A DNA stretch of 64,000 nt, taken from positions 5,839 through 69,838 of the forward strand of contig JBKJPY010000030.1 of the NCBI GenBank assembly GCA_046594195.1, in the 5' to 3' direction. Under the pieces are notes generated by a model. The model made no database searches and was not told where the DNA came from. It saw nothing but the letters and a program-made list of their open reading frames with translations. Positions 8,872 through 18,360 of this stretch are shown piece after piece; position 1 is the stretch's first letter; each line of letters starts with the position of its first letter. The position numbers and the translations under genes were made by a program. The stretch comes from Acidimicrobiales bacterium. GTDB taxonomy: Bacteria; Actinomycetota; Acidimicrobiia; Acidimicrobiales; Iamiaceae.

Positions 8872-10101
8872 CTACGATCCGGCTCGTCCGAGATCTCGGA
8901 ACGGCGTGTCTCGGTCCGTGCGCGGCTCGTGGGGCAGGCCGAGGACGCGCTCCGCCATGATGTTTCGCTGCACCTCGTTTGATCCACCGGCGATGCGGAT
9001 GGCGGGAGCGAACAGGAACCGGACCTGCCACTCGGTACCGGCCGGGGCGTCGTCCTCCAACAGCTGGCCCTCGGGTCCCAGCACCTCGAGCGAGGTGTTG
9101 CCCAGCCGGCGCAGGTACTCCGCCGCGAACAGCTTCATGACCGACGTCTCGGGGCCGGGCGGCACGCCCTTGGAGAGCGCAGTCTGCAGGCGGTACCCGT
9201 GGAATCGCTGGATCTGCTGGCGGATCCAGCAGTCGACGAGGTGCTGGCGGATGACCGGATCCTCGGCCGTGCCCCGCTTCCGAGCCAGCTCGATCAGCGC
9301 CATCGTGTCGCTGCTCTTGTTGGCGCCGGCGATCAGGCCCCGCTCGTTGGAGAGGGTGGTGATGGCGCAGCCCCAGCCGCCGTTGACATCACCCAAGACG
9401 TTGGCAGCCGGGATGCGGACCTCGTCCATGAACACCTCGGAGAAGTGCTCCGACCCGGTCATCTGCTTGAGGGGGCGGATGTCGAAGCCCGACGTCTTCA
9501 TGTCCACCAGGAAGTAGGTGATGCCCTTGTGCTTGGGCGCATCGGGATCGGTACGGGCGAGCAGGATGCCCCAGTCGCTGTCGGCCGCGCCCGAGGTCCA
9601 CACCTTCTGACCGGTGACGACGAACTCCTCGCCGTCGCGCACCGCTCGGGTCGAGATGTTGGCCAGGTCCGACCCGGCGTCGGGCTCGCTGAAGAGCTGG
9701 CACCAGACCTCGTCGCCACGAAGCATCGGGAGCAGGTACCGCTTCTTCTGCTCGTCCGTGCCGTGGCGCAAGATCGTCGGTCCGGCCATGCCGATGCCCA
9801 CGGCGTAGTTGTTGACGGTGACACCGAACTGGCTGGCCTCTTGGCCCCAGATCGTGTTCTGCATGGCGGTCCCGCCGCGGCCGCCGAACTCCTTCGGCCA
9901 CGTGATGCCAGCCCAGCCGTGCTCGACGAGCAGTTCCTGCCACTTCTTCACCCGGCGGTGGAACTCCTCCTCGCTCATGGTCTTCTCGAGGAAGCCGGTG
10001 GAGAAGTCATCGGGGCCGCCCTTGGCCGGGGCGTGGGCCACCAGCCACTCCCGCACCTCGGTCCGGAAGGCGGCCTCTTCTGGCGTGTCATCGAAGTCCA
10101 C
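8872..10101 (-). CDS. Acyl-CoA dehydrogenase, catalytic alpha-type (FadE) subunit
   Basis: WCQLFSEPDAGSDLA, GQKVWTS, TLSNER, and GGSNEVQRNIMAERVLGLP. Start is GTG 10101 (VDFDDTPEE). Confidence 0.92.
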   Translation of the reverse strand: MDFDDTPEEAAFRTEVREWLVAHAPAKGGPDDFSTGFLEKTMSEEEFHRRVKKWQELLVEHGWAGITWPKEFGGRGGTAMQNTIWGQEASQFGVTVNNYAVGIGMAGPTILRHGTDEQKKRYLLPMLRGDEVWCQLFSEPDAGSDLANISTRAVRDGEEFVVTGQKVWTSGAADSDWGILLARTDPDAPKHKGITYFLVDMKTSGFDIRPLKQMTGSEHFSEVFMDEVRIPAANVLGDVNGGWGCAITTLSNERGLIAGANKSSDTMALIELARKRGTAEDPVIRQHLVDCWIRQQIQRFHGYRLQTALSKGVPPGPETSVMKLFAAEYLRRLGNTSLEVLGPEGQLLEDDAPAGTEWQVRFLFAPAIRIAGGSNEVQRNIMAERVLGLPHEPRTDRDTPFRDLGRAGS

Positions 10102-10112
10102 GGTCGTCAGAC

Positions 10113-10126
10113 TAGAACACGTTCTC
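10113..10126. promoter_or_regulatory. KstR-type operator between divergent fadE-kstR and WS/DGAT
   Basis: TAGAACACGTTCTC. It overlaps the minus-strand -10 TAGTCT (10109-10114). Confidence 0.85.
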
Positions 10127-10197
10127 GTTCGGACCCCCGACGACGGGAGGAACGCAAGCTGGCAGAATGCCCGCGGGACCACGAGTGGGAGCTGCGA

Positions 10198-11700
10198 ATG
10201 GAACGTCTGACGGGGCTGGATGCAGCCTTCTTGTACCTGGAGAACCCCACCAACCACATGCACGTGGCGATGACCATGGTGCTCGATCCGTCCTCGGTGC
10301 CCGGCGGCTACACGTTCGAGAACCTCAAGCAGTTCATCGCCAACCGGGTGCACCTGGTTCCGCCGTTCACCCGCCGGCTCATCGAGGTCCCGCTCAACCT
10401 GGCGCACCCGGTGTGGGTCGAGGACCCCGACTTCGACATCGACTTCCACATCCGCCGCATCGGCTGCCCCTCGCCTGGCGGGCGCCGCGAGCTGGGCGAG
10501 ATGGCCGGCCAGATCGCCAGCACCCCCATCGACCGGTCGCGGCCCCTCTGGGAACTGTGGGTGATCGAGGGCCTCAAGCAGGATCGCATCGGCGTCGTCA
10601 CCAAGGTCCACCACGCGGCCATCGACGGCAGCTCCGGCGCCGACCTCATGGTCCACCTGTTCGACCTCGAGCCGGCACCCGCCGACCCGCCCCAGCTCAC
10701 CGAACGGACCTCCGAGCACATCCCCAACGACATGGAACTGCTCGGCCACGCCGCCGCGTCACGGTTCCGCAAGCTGGTTGCGCTGCCCAAGCTCCTGGGC
10801 GAGACCGTGGGCGCGGTCAACCGGGTCGCCGCCGGCCGTCGTGATCCCGACAAGCGGGTCGGCGCCGCACCGCTCACCGCGCCGCGCACCTCGTGGAACG
10901 GCAGCCTCTCCCCGATGCGCTCGGTGGGCTTCGCCCGCGTGACGCTCGACGAGGTCAAGGCCCTCAAGGACGCCTTCGGCTGCACGGTGAACGACGTCGT
11001 GCTCGGCCTGTGCGCTGGCACCCTGCGCTCCTACATGCTGGCCAACGAGGACGTGCCTGACACCCCGCTGGTGGCCGCCTGCCCCGTGTCGGTGCGAGCC
11101 GGCGATGACAGCGCGCCGGGCAACAAGGTCTCCGCCATGTTCGCCACGCTCGACACCCAACTCGAGGACCCGACGGAACGCATCCGAGCCATTCAGGCCT
11201 GCACGGTCGGAGCCAAGGAGGAGCATAAGGCCGTGGGTGCCGACATGCTCCAGAACTGGGCCGAGTACGCCGCTCCGAACACGTTCAACCTGGCCTCTCG
11301 GCTGTACTCCAGTTGGGGCCTCGCCGACAGCCACCGCCCGATCCACAACGTGATCATCTCGAACGTCCCCGGCCCCAACTTCCCGCTGTACTACGCCGGC
11401 GCCGAGATGGTCGCGGCGTACCCCATGGGTCCCGTCATGGAGGGCGTGGGCTTGAACATCACGGTGATGAGCTATCGGGGCTCGGTCGACTTCGGCTTCA
11501 TGGTCGACCGGGAGTTGGTGCCCGACGTCTGGGAGATGGCGGATCGAGTCAAGCCGGCCCTCGAAGAACTGCAGGCGGCGGCCGGCCTCTTGACGGCGAG
11601 CGCATCGAAGACGGAGGTCGCCGCGGTCCGTGCCAACGCCGATGCACCCACCGACAGCCCGCCTGCCAACGTCGCTCCCATGCGAGCCGATCTGACCTGA
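10198..11700 (+). CDS. Wax ester/triacylglycerol synthase (WS/DGAT) O-acyltransferase
   Basis: MERLTGLDAAFLYLE, the catalytic motif KVHHAAIDG, and ISNVPGP. Confidence 0.93.
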   Translation: MERLTGLDAAFLYLENPTNHMHVAMTMVLDPSSVPGGYTFENLKQFIANRVHLVPPFTRRLIEVPLNLAHPVWVEDPDFDIDFHIRRIGCPSPGGRRELGEMAGQIASTPIDRSRPLWELWVIEGLKQDRIGVVTKVHHAAIDGSSGADLMVHLFDLEPAPADPPQLTERTSEHIPNDMELLGHAAASRFRKLVALPKLLGETVGAVNRVAAGRRDPDKRVGAAPLTAPRTSWNGSLSPMRSVGFARVTLDEVKALKDAFGCTVNDVVLGLCAGTLRSYMLANEDVPDTPLVAACPVSVRAGDDSAPGNKVSAMFATLDTQLEDPTERIRAIQACTVGAKEEHKAVGADMLQNWAEYAAPNTFNLASRLYSSWGLADSHRPIHNVIISNVPGPNFPLYYAGAEMVAAYPMGPVMEGVGLNITVMSYRGSVDFGFMVDRELVPDVWEMADRVKPALEELQAAAGLLTASASKTEVAAVRANADAPTDSPPANVAPMRADLT

Positions 11701-11717
11701 CGGACCGTCAGGAAGAC

Positions 11718-11731
11718 GAGAACGTGTTCTC
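11718..11731. promoter_or_regulatory. KstR-type operator upstream of fadD19
   Basis: GAGAACGTGTTCTC, a symmetric variant. Confidence 0.75.
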
Positions 11732-11754
11732 GTTCGGGTGGTAGAACCTCACCC

Positions 11755-13398
11755 ATGGGGTTCAACATCGCTGATCTGTTCGAGCGCGCCGTCGACGCCG
11801 TTCCCGACCGCATGGCGCTCGTGTGCGGCGACCGCCGCCTCACCTACCGCCAGATGGACGACGAGGCCAACCAGCTCGCCAACCACCTGCTCAGCGAGGA
11901 CTTCGGTCACGGCGACCACATCGGGATCTACGGCCAGAACACGGCCGAGTGGCTCATCGCCATGGTCGCCATCTTCAAGATCCGCGCCGTGCCGATCAAC
12001 ATCAACTTCCGCTACGTCGAGGACGAGCTGGCCTACCTCTTCGACAACGCCGACCTGGTCGCGCTGGTGCACGATCGCGAGTACATCCCCCGCATCGCGG
12101 CGGTCACCGCCAAGGTCCCCGGGCTGCGGCACTTCGTCATGATCGACGACGACAGCGGCGATGCCGATCCCGCCACCATCGGGGCCATCTCCTGGGCCGA
12201 CGCCATCACCGATGCCTCGACCGACCGCCCGGTGCTCCCCCGCACCGACGACGACCACTACGTCATCTACACGGGCGGCACCACGGGGATGCCCAAGGGC
12301 GTCGTCTGGCGCCACGAAGACGTGTTCTACGCACTGGGCGGAGGCGTCGACGCCTACACCAACGAGCGCATCACCCACGGCCAGCAGCTCGCCGAGAAGG
12401 CCGCCGCCACCGAGACGCCGATGGTCAGCCTGAACATCCCGCCGCTCATGCACGGCGCAGCGCAATGGGGTGCCCTGCGCTTCCTCTTCGAGGGTGGCAC
12501 CGTCGTGTTCGTGCCCCGCTTCAGCGCCGAGGCGGTGTGGTCGCTCGTCGAGTCCGAGGGGGTGAACACGATGATGATCACCGGCGACGCCATGGCCCGG
12601 CCGCTCATCGAGACCCTCCAGGAAGACCCGAACCGCTGGGACCTTTCCTCGCTGTTCGTGACCTCGTCGAGCGCCGTGGTCTTCTCCCCGTCGCTCAAGG
12701 AGGCCATGCTCGAGCTGCTACCGAACATCATGGTCATCGACGCCATCGGCTCCTCGGAGAGCGGCATGAACGGCATGGTCATCCAGACCAAGGGCCAGAC
12801 CGCCAACCACGGAGGTGGCGGCCCCACCGTGAAGGCCGGGCGCGATGCCGTCGTGCTCGACGACGACCTGAAGCCGTTGCCTCCGGGCACCGGGGTGATC
12901 GGGAAGCTCGCCCGAGGCGGCAACATCCCGATCGGCTACTACAAGGACCCGGTCAAGACCGCGGCGACCTTCGTGCACGCGCCCGACGGGACCCGGTACG
13001 TGGTCGCCGGCGACTTCGCCCTCCACGAGGAGGACGGCACCATCACGCTCCTCGGACGTGGCTCGGTGTGCATCAACTCCGGCGGCGAGAAGATCTTCCC
13101 CGAGGAGGTCGAGTCGGTCCTCAAGGACCACCCGGAGGTGTACGACGTGCTGGTCGTCGGGGTACCCGACGACCGCTGGGGTCAGGCCGTGTGCGCCGTG
13201 GTCCAGCCCCGCCACCCCGCCGCGCCGCCGACGCTCGCCGACCTCGATGCGCACTCCCGCACCCACCTGGCTGCGTACAAGACGCCCCGCCACCTCGTGA
13301 TCGTCGACGAGATCCGCCGCTCCCCCAGCGGCAAGCCGGACTACCCCTGGGCCACCGCGCTCGCCCAAGAAGCGCTCGCGGCCACCACCGACGCCTGA
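11755..13398 (+). CDS. fadD19: Steroid side-chain acyl-CoA synthetase, FadD19-like
   Basis: FNIADLFERAVDAVPDR, NINFRYVEDEL.YLFDN, YTGGTTGMPKG, and RSPSGKPDY recall FadD19. Confidence 0.85.
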   Translation: MGFNIADLFERAVDAVPDRMALVCGDRRLTYRQMDDEANQLANHLLSEDFGHGDHIGIYGQNTAEWLIAMVAIFKIRAVPININFRYVEDELAYLFDNADLVALVHDREYIPRIAAVTAKVPGLRHFVMIDDDSGDADPATIGAISWADAITDASTDRPVLPRTDDDHYVIYTGGTTGMPKGVVWRHEDVFYALGGGVDAYTNERITHGQQLAEKAAATETPMVSLNIPPLMHGAAQWGALRFLFEGGTVVFVPRFSAEAVWSLVESEGVNTMMITGDAMARPLIETLQEDPNRWDLSSLFVTSSSAVVFSPSLKEAMLELLPNIMVIDAIGSSESGMNGMVIQTKGQTANHGGGGPTVKAGRDAVVLDDDLKPLPPGTGVIGKLARGGNIPIGYYKDPVKTAATFVHAPDGTRYVVAGDFALHEEDGTITLLGRGSVCINSGGEKIFPEEVESVLKDHPEVYDVLVVGVPDDRWGQAVCAVVQPRHPAAPPTLADLDAHSRTHLAAYKTPRHLVIVDEIRRSPSGKPDYPWATALAQEALAATTDA

Positions 13399-13408
13399 GC
13401 CGGAAGGC

Positions 13409-14215
13409 TCACCGCTCCGCTGCGGCCAGGGCGGCCTGGCGCTCGGCTTCGAACCCCTCGTTCAGCCACCGGCCCCTCGGGTCTGCGGCCGCTGGTGCCC
13501 GTGAGCCCGGCCGGACCAGCACCGACACGCAGTCGATGGCGGTGCGCGCGGTCGCCCACCGCAACAGCTCCTGGGAGGTGCAGACCAGGCCGTGGCGCTC
13601 GGCCAGCCGAGCGACGAGGTCGGCATCCACGCTGGGGTCGCGCCAGTGCACCTCTCGCTCGATCACCCCGGACCGCGCGAGGGCCCGGTGCAGCGGGCCG
13701 ATGCGCCGCAGCACGGCCGAACGATCCAGGCGGGAGGCAGCCAGGTTCGAGTGGTGGATCCACGCCACGCCATCGTCGGTGAGGACCCGGGCGAGCTCGG
13801 CGACGTAGCCGCCGATCGCCTCGGCATCGGCGTGCACGACCGAGTCGAAGCTGAAGACCAGGTCCACCGAACGGTCGTCGATGGTCGGCAGCGTCCGGCC
13901 GTCGCAGATCCCGGGCCGGACGGCCTCGACGTCGGCGAACCGGGCCTCACACGCTGCGACGCACTCGGGGGCGAGGTCCACGGCGACGACTTCCTGCGAC
14001 CACTCGGCGAGGAACTGCGTCCACCGCCCGTGCCCGCACCCGATCTCGACGATCCGGGCGTAGGGCGGCGTTCCCGCCGCCGCCTCCAGCCGAGGCGCGA
14101 TCCACGACGACCACTGCGAGGCCGGCCCGCCCCACCCGGTGGACCACTCGTCGCCGTTGCGGTCCCACCGCTCCGGGCGACCCCAGACCTCGCGGTTGTC
14201 GTCGATCGACGGCAC
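13409..14215 (-). CDS. Class I SAM-dependent methyltransferase
   Basis: IVEIGCGHGRWT, VDLA, CDG, and VDLVFSFDSVVH. GTG start lies 1 bp after the echA19 stop. Confidence 0.8.
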   Translation of the reverse strand: MPSIDDNREVWGRPERWDRNGDEWSTGWGGPASQWSSWIAPRLEAAAGTPPYARIVEIGCGHGRWTQFLAEWSQEVVAVDLAPECVAACEARFADVEAVRPGICDGRTLPTIDDRSVDLVFSFDSVVHADAEAIGGYVAELARVLTDDGVAWIHHSNLAASRLDRSAVLRRIGPLHRALARSGVIEREVHWRDPSVDADLVARLAERHGLVCTSQELLRWATARTAIDCVSVLVRPGSRAPAAADPRGRWLNEGFEAERQAALAAAER

Positions 14216-14216
14216 G

Positions 14217-15026
14217 TCAGGTACCGGTGAAGTTCGGCTTGCGCTTCTCCTTGAAGGCTCGGGGCCCTTCCTTGGCATCGTTGGTGTTGAAGATGATCGG
14301 TTCGCCGATGGTGAGTTCGTGAGCCAGGCCGTCGGCCTCGCTCATCGCCGCGGTCTCCCGCATGGACCTCAGCACCGCGGCCACGGCGAGGGGGCCGTTC
14401 TCGGCGATCTGATCGGCAAGCTCACGGGCCTTGGTGAGCGCCTGGCCATCGGGGACGACGTGGCCGATGAGACCGATGTCCTTCGCCTCCTGGGCAGAGA
14501 TCAGGCGTCCGGTGAGGAGCAGGTCGGCGGCAACGGTGAACGGGATCTGGCGCTGGAGCCGCACGGTAGAACCGCCGAGGGGGAACAGCCCGCGACGGAC
14601 CTCGGCGATGCCCAGCTGGGCCGATTCGCCAGCCACGCGGATCTCCGTGGCCTGGAGGATCTCGGTCCCGCCGGCCACGCAGTAGCCCTCGACGGCGGCG
14701 ACGATCGGCTTGTTGGGGCGACCGTGGCGCAGGAGGGCCTTCCAGTGGAGGTCTGGGTCCTCGGCCATGCGCGCCATCTCCTCATCGGAGAAGCCCGCTG
14801 CGAGGGCCTTCAGATCCATGCCCGAGCAGAAGTCCCCACCGGCGCCGGTCAGGATGCCGACCCGCAGTTCTGGGTCCTCGTCGAGCATCTTCCAGGCGTC
14901 GGCGACACCGACCAGCATGGTGGGGCTGAAGGCGTTCTTGGCCGCCGGACGGTTGAGGGTGACGGTGAGGACGTGGCCGTCCCGCTCGGCGATGAAGTGC
15001 GGCTCTTCAGCAATGACGTCTGACAT
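14217..15026 (-). CDS. echA19: Enoyl-CoA hydratase, EchA19-like
   Basis: FCSGMDLKA, AGGTEILQ.T.IRVAGESA, GGS.VRL.RQIP.T.A.DLLLTGR, and DAKEGPRAF.EKR. Confidence 0.88.
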   Translation of the reverse strand: MSDVIAEEPHFIAERDGHVLTVTLNRPAAKNAFSPTMLVGVADAWKMLDEDPELRVGILTGAGGDFCSGMDLKALAAGFSDEEMARMAEDPDLHWKALLRHGRPNKPIVAAVEGYCVAGGTEILQATEIRVAGESAQLGIAEVRRGLFPLGGSTVRLQRQIPFTVAADLLLTGRLISAQEAKDIGLIGHVVPDGQALTKARELADQIAENGPLAVAAVLRSMRETAAMSEADGLAHELTIGEPIIFNTNDAKEGPRAFKEKRKPNFTGT

Positions 15027-15036
15027 CCGCTCAGAC

Positions 15037-15050
15037 TAGAACACGTTCTA
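15037..15050. promoter_or_regulatory. KstR-type operator upstream of echA19
   Basis: TAGAACACGTTCTA, a perfect consensus match 10 bp from the ATG. It overlaps the -10 TAGTCT. Confidence 0.9.
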
Positions 15051-15251
15051 CTTTGCGGCCATCTGGCCACGACCGCGAGGTGCGGTGCGACCCATCGGTC
15101 TGTGGCCCCGACACCGAGTCCGGGCCACGATCTTGGTCCCGACCGACGGGCGCCCACCGGCGCCCACCCGGGTCCTCCGACGGCGCCTGGCGCCCATAGT
15201 CCCGGCGACCGAGGTCTCGGCGCCGCCTGTTCCCATCGCGGAGGTTCTCGC

Positions 15252-15860
15252 ATGCCACTGTCCCTGTTCCCCTTGCCCGCGCGCTTCATGCGGGGCCACG
15301 GCTCGCTCCTGCTGGCCATCGCCGTCACTGCGCTGGCCGCCGTCGGCGCCACCGCCTGCGATCCGCTCCCGCCCGTCCCGCCCGGCGGGGTCGCCGCCGA
15401 CTGCCGGGATGTCACCTGGGGCTCGGGCTCCAAGCACGCCGAGCGGATGTCTCCCGCCGAGATCGTGCGGGTCCGGGCCGGGTCGCACCGCTGCTTCGAC
15501 CGCATGGTGGTCGACCTGCGCTCGGCCCCCGCTGCGGGTTGGCGGGTCCGCTACCACGAGGTGGCGCGCGAGGGGGTCGGCACGCCGGTACCGCTGCGAG
15601 GCAACGCCGACCTCGAGGTCGTCGCCCTGGCGCCGGCCTACAGCCCGAGCGGCAGCTCCGTGTTCCATCCGGACAACCCCGCCGAGCTGGCCAACGTGGC
15701 CGGCTTCCGCACGTTCCGCCAGATCGCCTACGCCGGCACGTTCGAAGGGCAGACGACCTTCGGGGTCGGCGTGCGCACCCGCCTCCCCTTCCGCGTCTTC
15801 GCCGTCTCCGGCCCCAACGGCGTGAAGCTCGTCGTCGACGTGGCCCACCGCTGGCCGTGA
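15252..15860 (+). CDS. AMIN-like domain lipoprotein
   Basis: Lipobox GATAC, 'VRAGSHRCFDRMVVDL', and 'FEGQTTFGVGVR.RLPFRVF...KLVVDVAH'. Start is 15252 or 15288. Confidence 0.75.
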   Translation: MPLSLFPLPARFMRGHGSLLLAIAVTALAAVGATACDPLPPVPPGGVAADCRDVTWGSGSKHAERMSPAEIVRVRAGSHRCFDRMVVDLRSAPAAGWRVRYHEVAREGVGTPVPLRGNADLEVVALAPAYSPSGSSVFHPDNPAELANVAGFRTFRQIAYAGTFEGQTTFGVGVRTRLPFRVFAVSGPNGVKLVVDVAHRWP

Positions 15861-15966
15861 CCTCGCCCCTTGCGTGCGCCAGATCTGTGCCGCTCTGGAG
15901 GTAGCGGTGGGCTGCGACGTCTGATCAACAGCCGCACTCGCGCTCAGATGTGGGACCGTTGCCGAC

Positions 15967-16527
15967 ATGAGCCGACTCCCCAACCTCGACCCCGACGACC
16001 TCTCCGAGTCGCAGCAACGGCTCTATGCCTCGCTGCAGAATCGCCCTGAGGTCCAGGCACATGGCCTCGTCGGGCCGTTCGCCGTCTGGATGCACGCACC
16101 TGACCTCGGGGCACCGATGGCTGACCTCGGGGCCGGGATCCGCTTCCAGGCTTCGCTGCCCGCCAGCGCCACCGAGGTGGCGATCTGCACCACCGGTGCC
16201 TTCTACGGAGCCAGCTTCGAATTCGCCGCCCATCGTCCCCTTGCCCTCCGAGCGGGCGTCGACGAGGCCGCCCTCGACCGGCTCGCCGCAGGCGAGACCC
16301 CGGGCTTCGAGGGCGATGAGGCCGCCGCGTACGCGGTGGCGACCGAACTCCTCCAGGAGCACACCATCGGCGCCGCAACCTACGCAGATGCGGTCGAGCG
16401 CTTCGGCGTGCAGGGCGTGGTCGAGCTGGTGACGACGGTCGGGTACTACGGCCTCAACGCGCTGCTGCTCCACGCCTTCGAGATCCCCCTAGCCCCCGGC
16501 ATGGAGGATCCGCTCGCCGGGCGGTGA
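15967..16527 (+). CDS. Carboxymuconolactone decarboxylase/AhpD-like protein
   Basis: GPFAVWMHAP, EVAI..G....FEFAAH...A..AG, and GVVELV..VGYY. Confidence 0.8.
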   Translation: MSRLPNLDPDDLSESQQRLYASLQNRPEVQAHGLVGPFAVWMHAPDLGAPMADLGAGIRFQASLPASATEVAICTTGAFYGASFEFAAHRPLALRAGVDEAALDRLAAGETPGFEGDEAAAYAVATELLQEHTIGAATYADAVERFGVQGVVELVTTVGYYGLNALLLHAFEIPLAPGMEDPLAGR

Positions 16528-16532
16528 CCCGG

Positions 16533-16922
16533 CTACTTGTCGAGCTTGGCCTCGATACGGGCGAGGGCCTCGACGATGCGATCGGTCTGGGTCTGCTGTT
16601 CGACCACCATGCGAGCGAGCCAGAAGCGCAGCAGGCGGGCCAGCGAGAAGCGGATGAACAGGCCCACGCCGATGACCGCCAGGCCCAGGCCCAAGATGCC
16701 GCCCGAGATCAGCATCGGGACCTGGTCGGCCACGTACTTGGAACCCGACGAGGTCCAGTAGGCGGCGAGGATCAGGACCACGCCGACGATCGGGAGGATC
16801 AGGCCCAGCTTGAGCAGCAGCCGCTCGGCATCGGCCGAGGGTTCAGGGACGTGCAGGTCCTCGACGCCCAGTTCCAGGCGGTCGGCGGCGCTGGGCGCGT
16901 GGGTGGCGGTGGGATCGGTCAT
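16533..16922 (-). CDS. Small two-TM membrane protein, last gene of the Liv-type ABC operon
   Basis: ATG overlaps the livF stop. Two hydrophobic helices and 'FLRFWLAR..EQQ.QTDR'. Confidence 0.7.
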   Translation of the reverse strand: MTDPTATHAPSAADRLELGVEDLHVPEPSADAERLLLKLGLILPIVGVVLILAAYWTSSGSKYVADQVPMLISGGILGLGLAVIGVGLFIRFSLARLLRFWLARMVVEQQTQTDRIVEALARIEAKLDK

Positions 16923-17635
16923 GTGGGTGCTCCGAGGTAGGCGGCCGAGAGCTCGGCCTCGAGGTCTGCGGGTGGGCCGGCGGCGACGACGGTTCCGTGC
17001 TGCATGATCACGGCGTGGTCGGCGACGCCGAGGACGGTGCGGGCGAACTGCTCGACCACCAGGATCGACACCCCTTCGGTGGCGATGCCGGCGACGATCT
17101 CGTAGAGCTCGGCGACGATGAGCGGCGCCAGACCCATCGAGAGCTCGTCGATGATGAGCAGCCCCGGATCGGTGGCCAAGCCGCGCGCCATGGCGAGCAT
17201 CTGCTGCTCGCCACCCGACAACGTGCCGGCGACCTGGCCGATGCGCTCGCCGAGGCGGGGGAAGCGCGCCACCGCGGATTCGATGATCTGGTCGGCCGGG
17301 AGCCCGCGGTAGCTGGCCATGACCAGGTTCTCTCGAACGGTGAGGCTGCGGAACACGCCCCGACCCTCGGGGATGGTGCAGAGCCCGAGGCGGGCGAGCT
17401 CGTCGGGCTTGACGCCGTTCACGTGGCGGCCGCCGACGTGCACGCATCCGGACGATGCCGGGTGCTGGCCGGTGGCGACGAGCAGCGTGGTGGTCTTCCC
17501 CGCTCCGTTCGGTCCGAGCAGGGCCACCACCTGGCCGCGCGGCACCACCAGGTCGATCCCATGGAGCACCTCGATGCGGCCGTAGGTGGCACGGACGTCG
17601 CGAAGCTCGAGCAGCGGCGCGCCGATGGCGGTCAT
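16919..17635 (-). CDS. livF: HAAT ABC transporter ATPase (LivF type)
   Basis: GPNGAGKTT, LSGGEQQM, and IIDELSMGLAP. Confidence 0.9.
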   Translation of the reverse strand: MTAIGAPLLELRDVRATYGRIEVLHGIDLVVPRGQVVALLGPNGAGKTTTLLVATGQHPASSGCVHVGGRHVNGVKPDELARLGLCTIPEGRGVFRSLTVRENLVMASYRGLPADQIIESAVARFPRLGERIGQVAGTLSGGEQQMLAMARGLATDPGLLIIDELSMGLAPLIVAELYEIVAGIATEGVSILVVEQFARTVLGVADHAVIMQHGTVVAAGPPADLEAELSAAYLGAPT

Positions 17636-18360
17636 CCGGGTGCCCCCGGGTCCTGACCGAGGTACGCGTCGATGACCTCGGGGTTCTTCTGCACCTCGAT
17701 GGGCGATCCCGACGCGAGGACTTCGCCGAAGTTGAGCACGGTGATCTGGGCGCAGAGACGCATCACGAGCGGGACGTCGTGCTCCACGAGCAAGATGCCG
17801 AGCCCGTCACCCGTGAGGTCGATCAGGATCTCGGCGAAGCGGTCGGTCTCCTGCTCGTCGAGACCCGAGGCCGGCTCGTCGAGGAGCAGCACCCGGGGGT
17901 CGCATGCGAGGGCCCGCGCCAGCTCGACCAGGCGGGCGGAGCCGGTGGACAACGAATCAGCACGCTGCTGGGCGACGGCGGCGAGACCCACGCGCTCGAG
18001 CAGCTGATCGGTGACGACCTGGGGATCGGACCCGGCCTGCTTTCGCAGCTCGGCCGCCGTGAGCACGTTGTCGCGGACCGTCAGCGAGCCGAACAGCTCC
18101 AAGCGCTGGAAGGTCCGGGCGATGCCGCCGCGAGCCCGCTGATGGGCCGACATCGACGTGATGTCGTCGCCGTCGAGCACGACACGTCCACGGGTGGGTG
18201 CCTGGAGGCCGGTGATCACGTTGAACGTCGTGGTCTTGCCGGCGCCGTTCGGCCCGATGAGGCCGGTGATCTGGCCGGCATCGACCGACAGGCTGACGTC
18301 GTTGACGGCCAGGTGCCCGCCGAAGCGGACGGCGATCTCACGCGTCTCGAGGATCGGCAT
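17632..18360 (-). CDS. livG: HAAT ABC transporter ATPase (LivG type)
   Basis: GPNGAGKTT, LSTGSARL, LLLDEPASG, and VEHD. Confidence 0.9.
   Translation of the reverse strand: MPILETREIAVRFGGHLAVNDVSLSVDAGQITGLIGPNGAGKTTTFNVITGLQAPTRGRVVLDGDDITSMSAHQRARGGIARTFQRLELFGSLTVRDNVLTAAELRKQAGSDPQVVTDQLLERVGLAAVAQQRADSLSTGSARLVELARALACDPRVLLLDEPASGLDEQETDRFAEILIDLTGDGLGILLVEHDVPLVMRLCAQITVLNFGEVLASGSPIEVQKNPEVIDAYLGQDPGAPG

Noticed and set aside
8872-11700. Apparent overlapping or fused long ORFs 8872-10749 and 9199-11700
   Set aside because: The starts are overextended. The real genes begin at 10101 (-) and 10198 (+), on either side of a KstR operator. The same applies to 20490-22724, 36952-38871 and 5400-7151.
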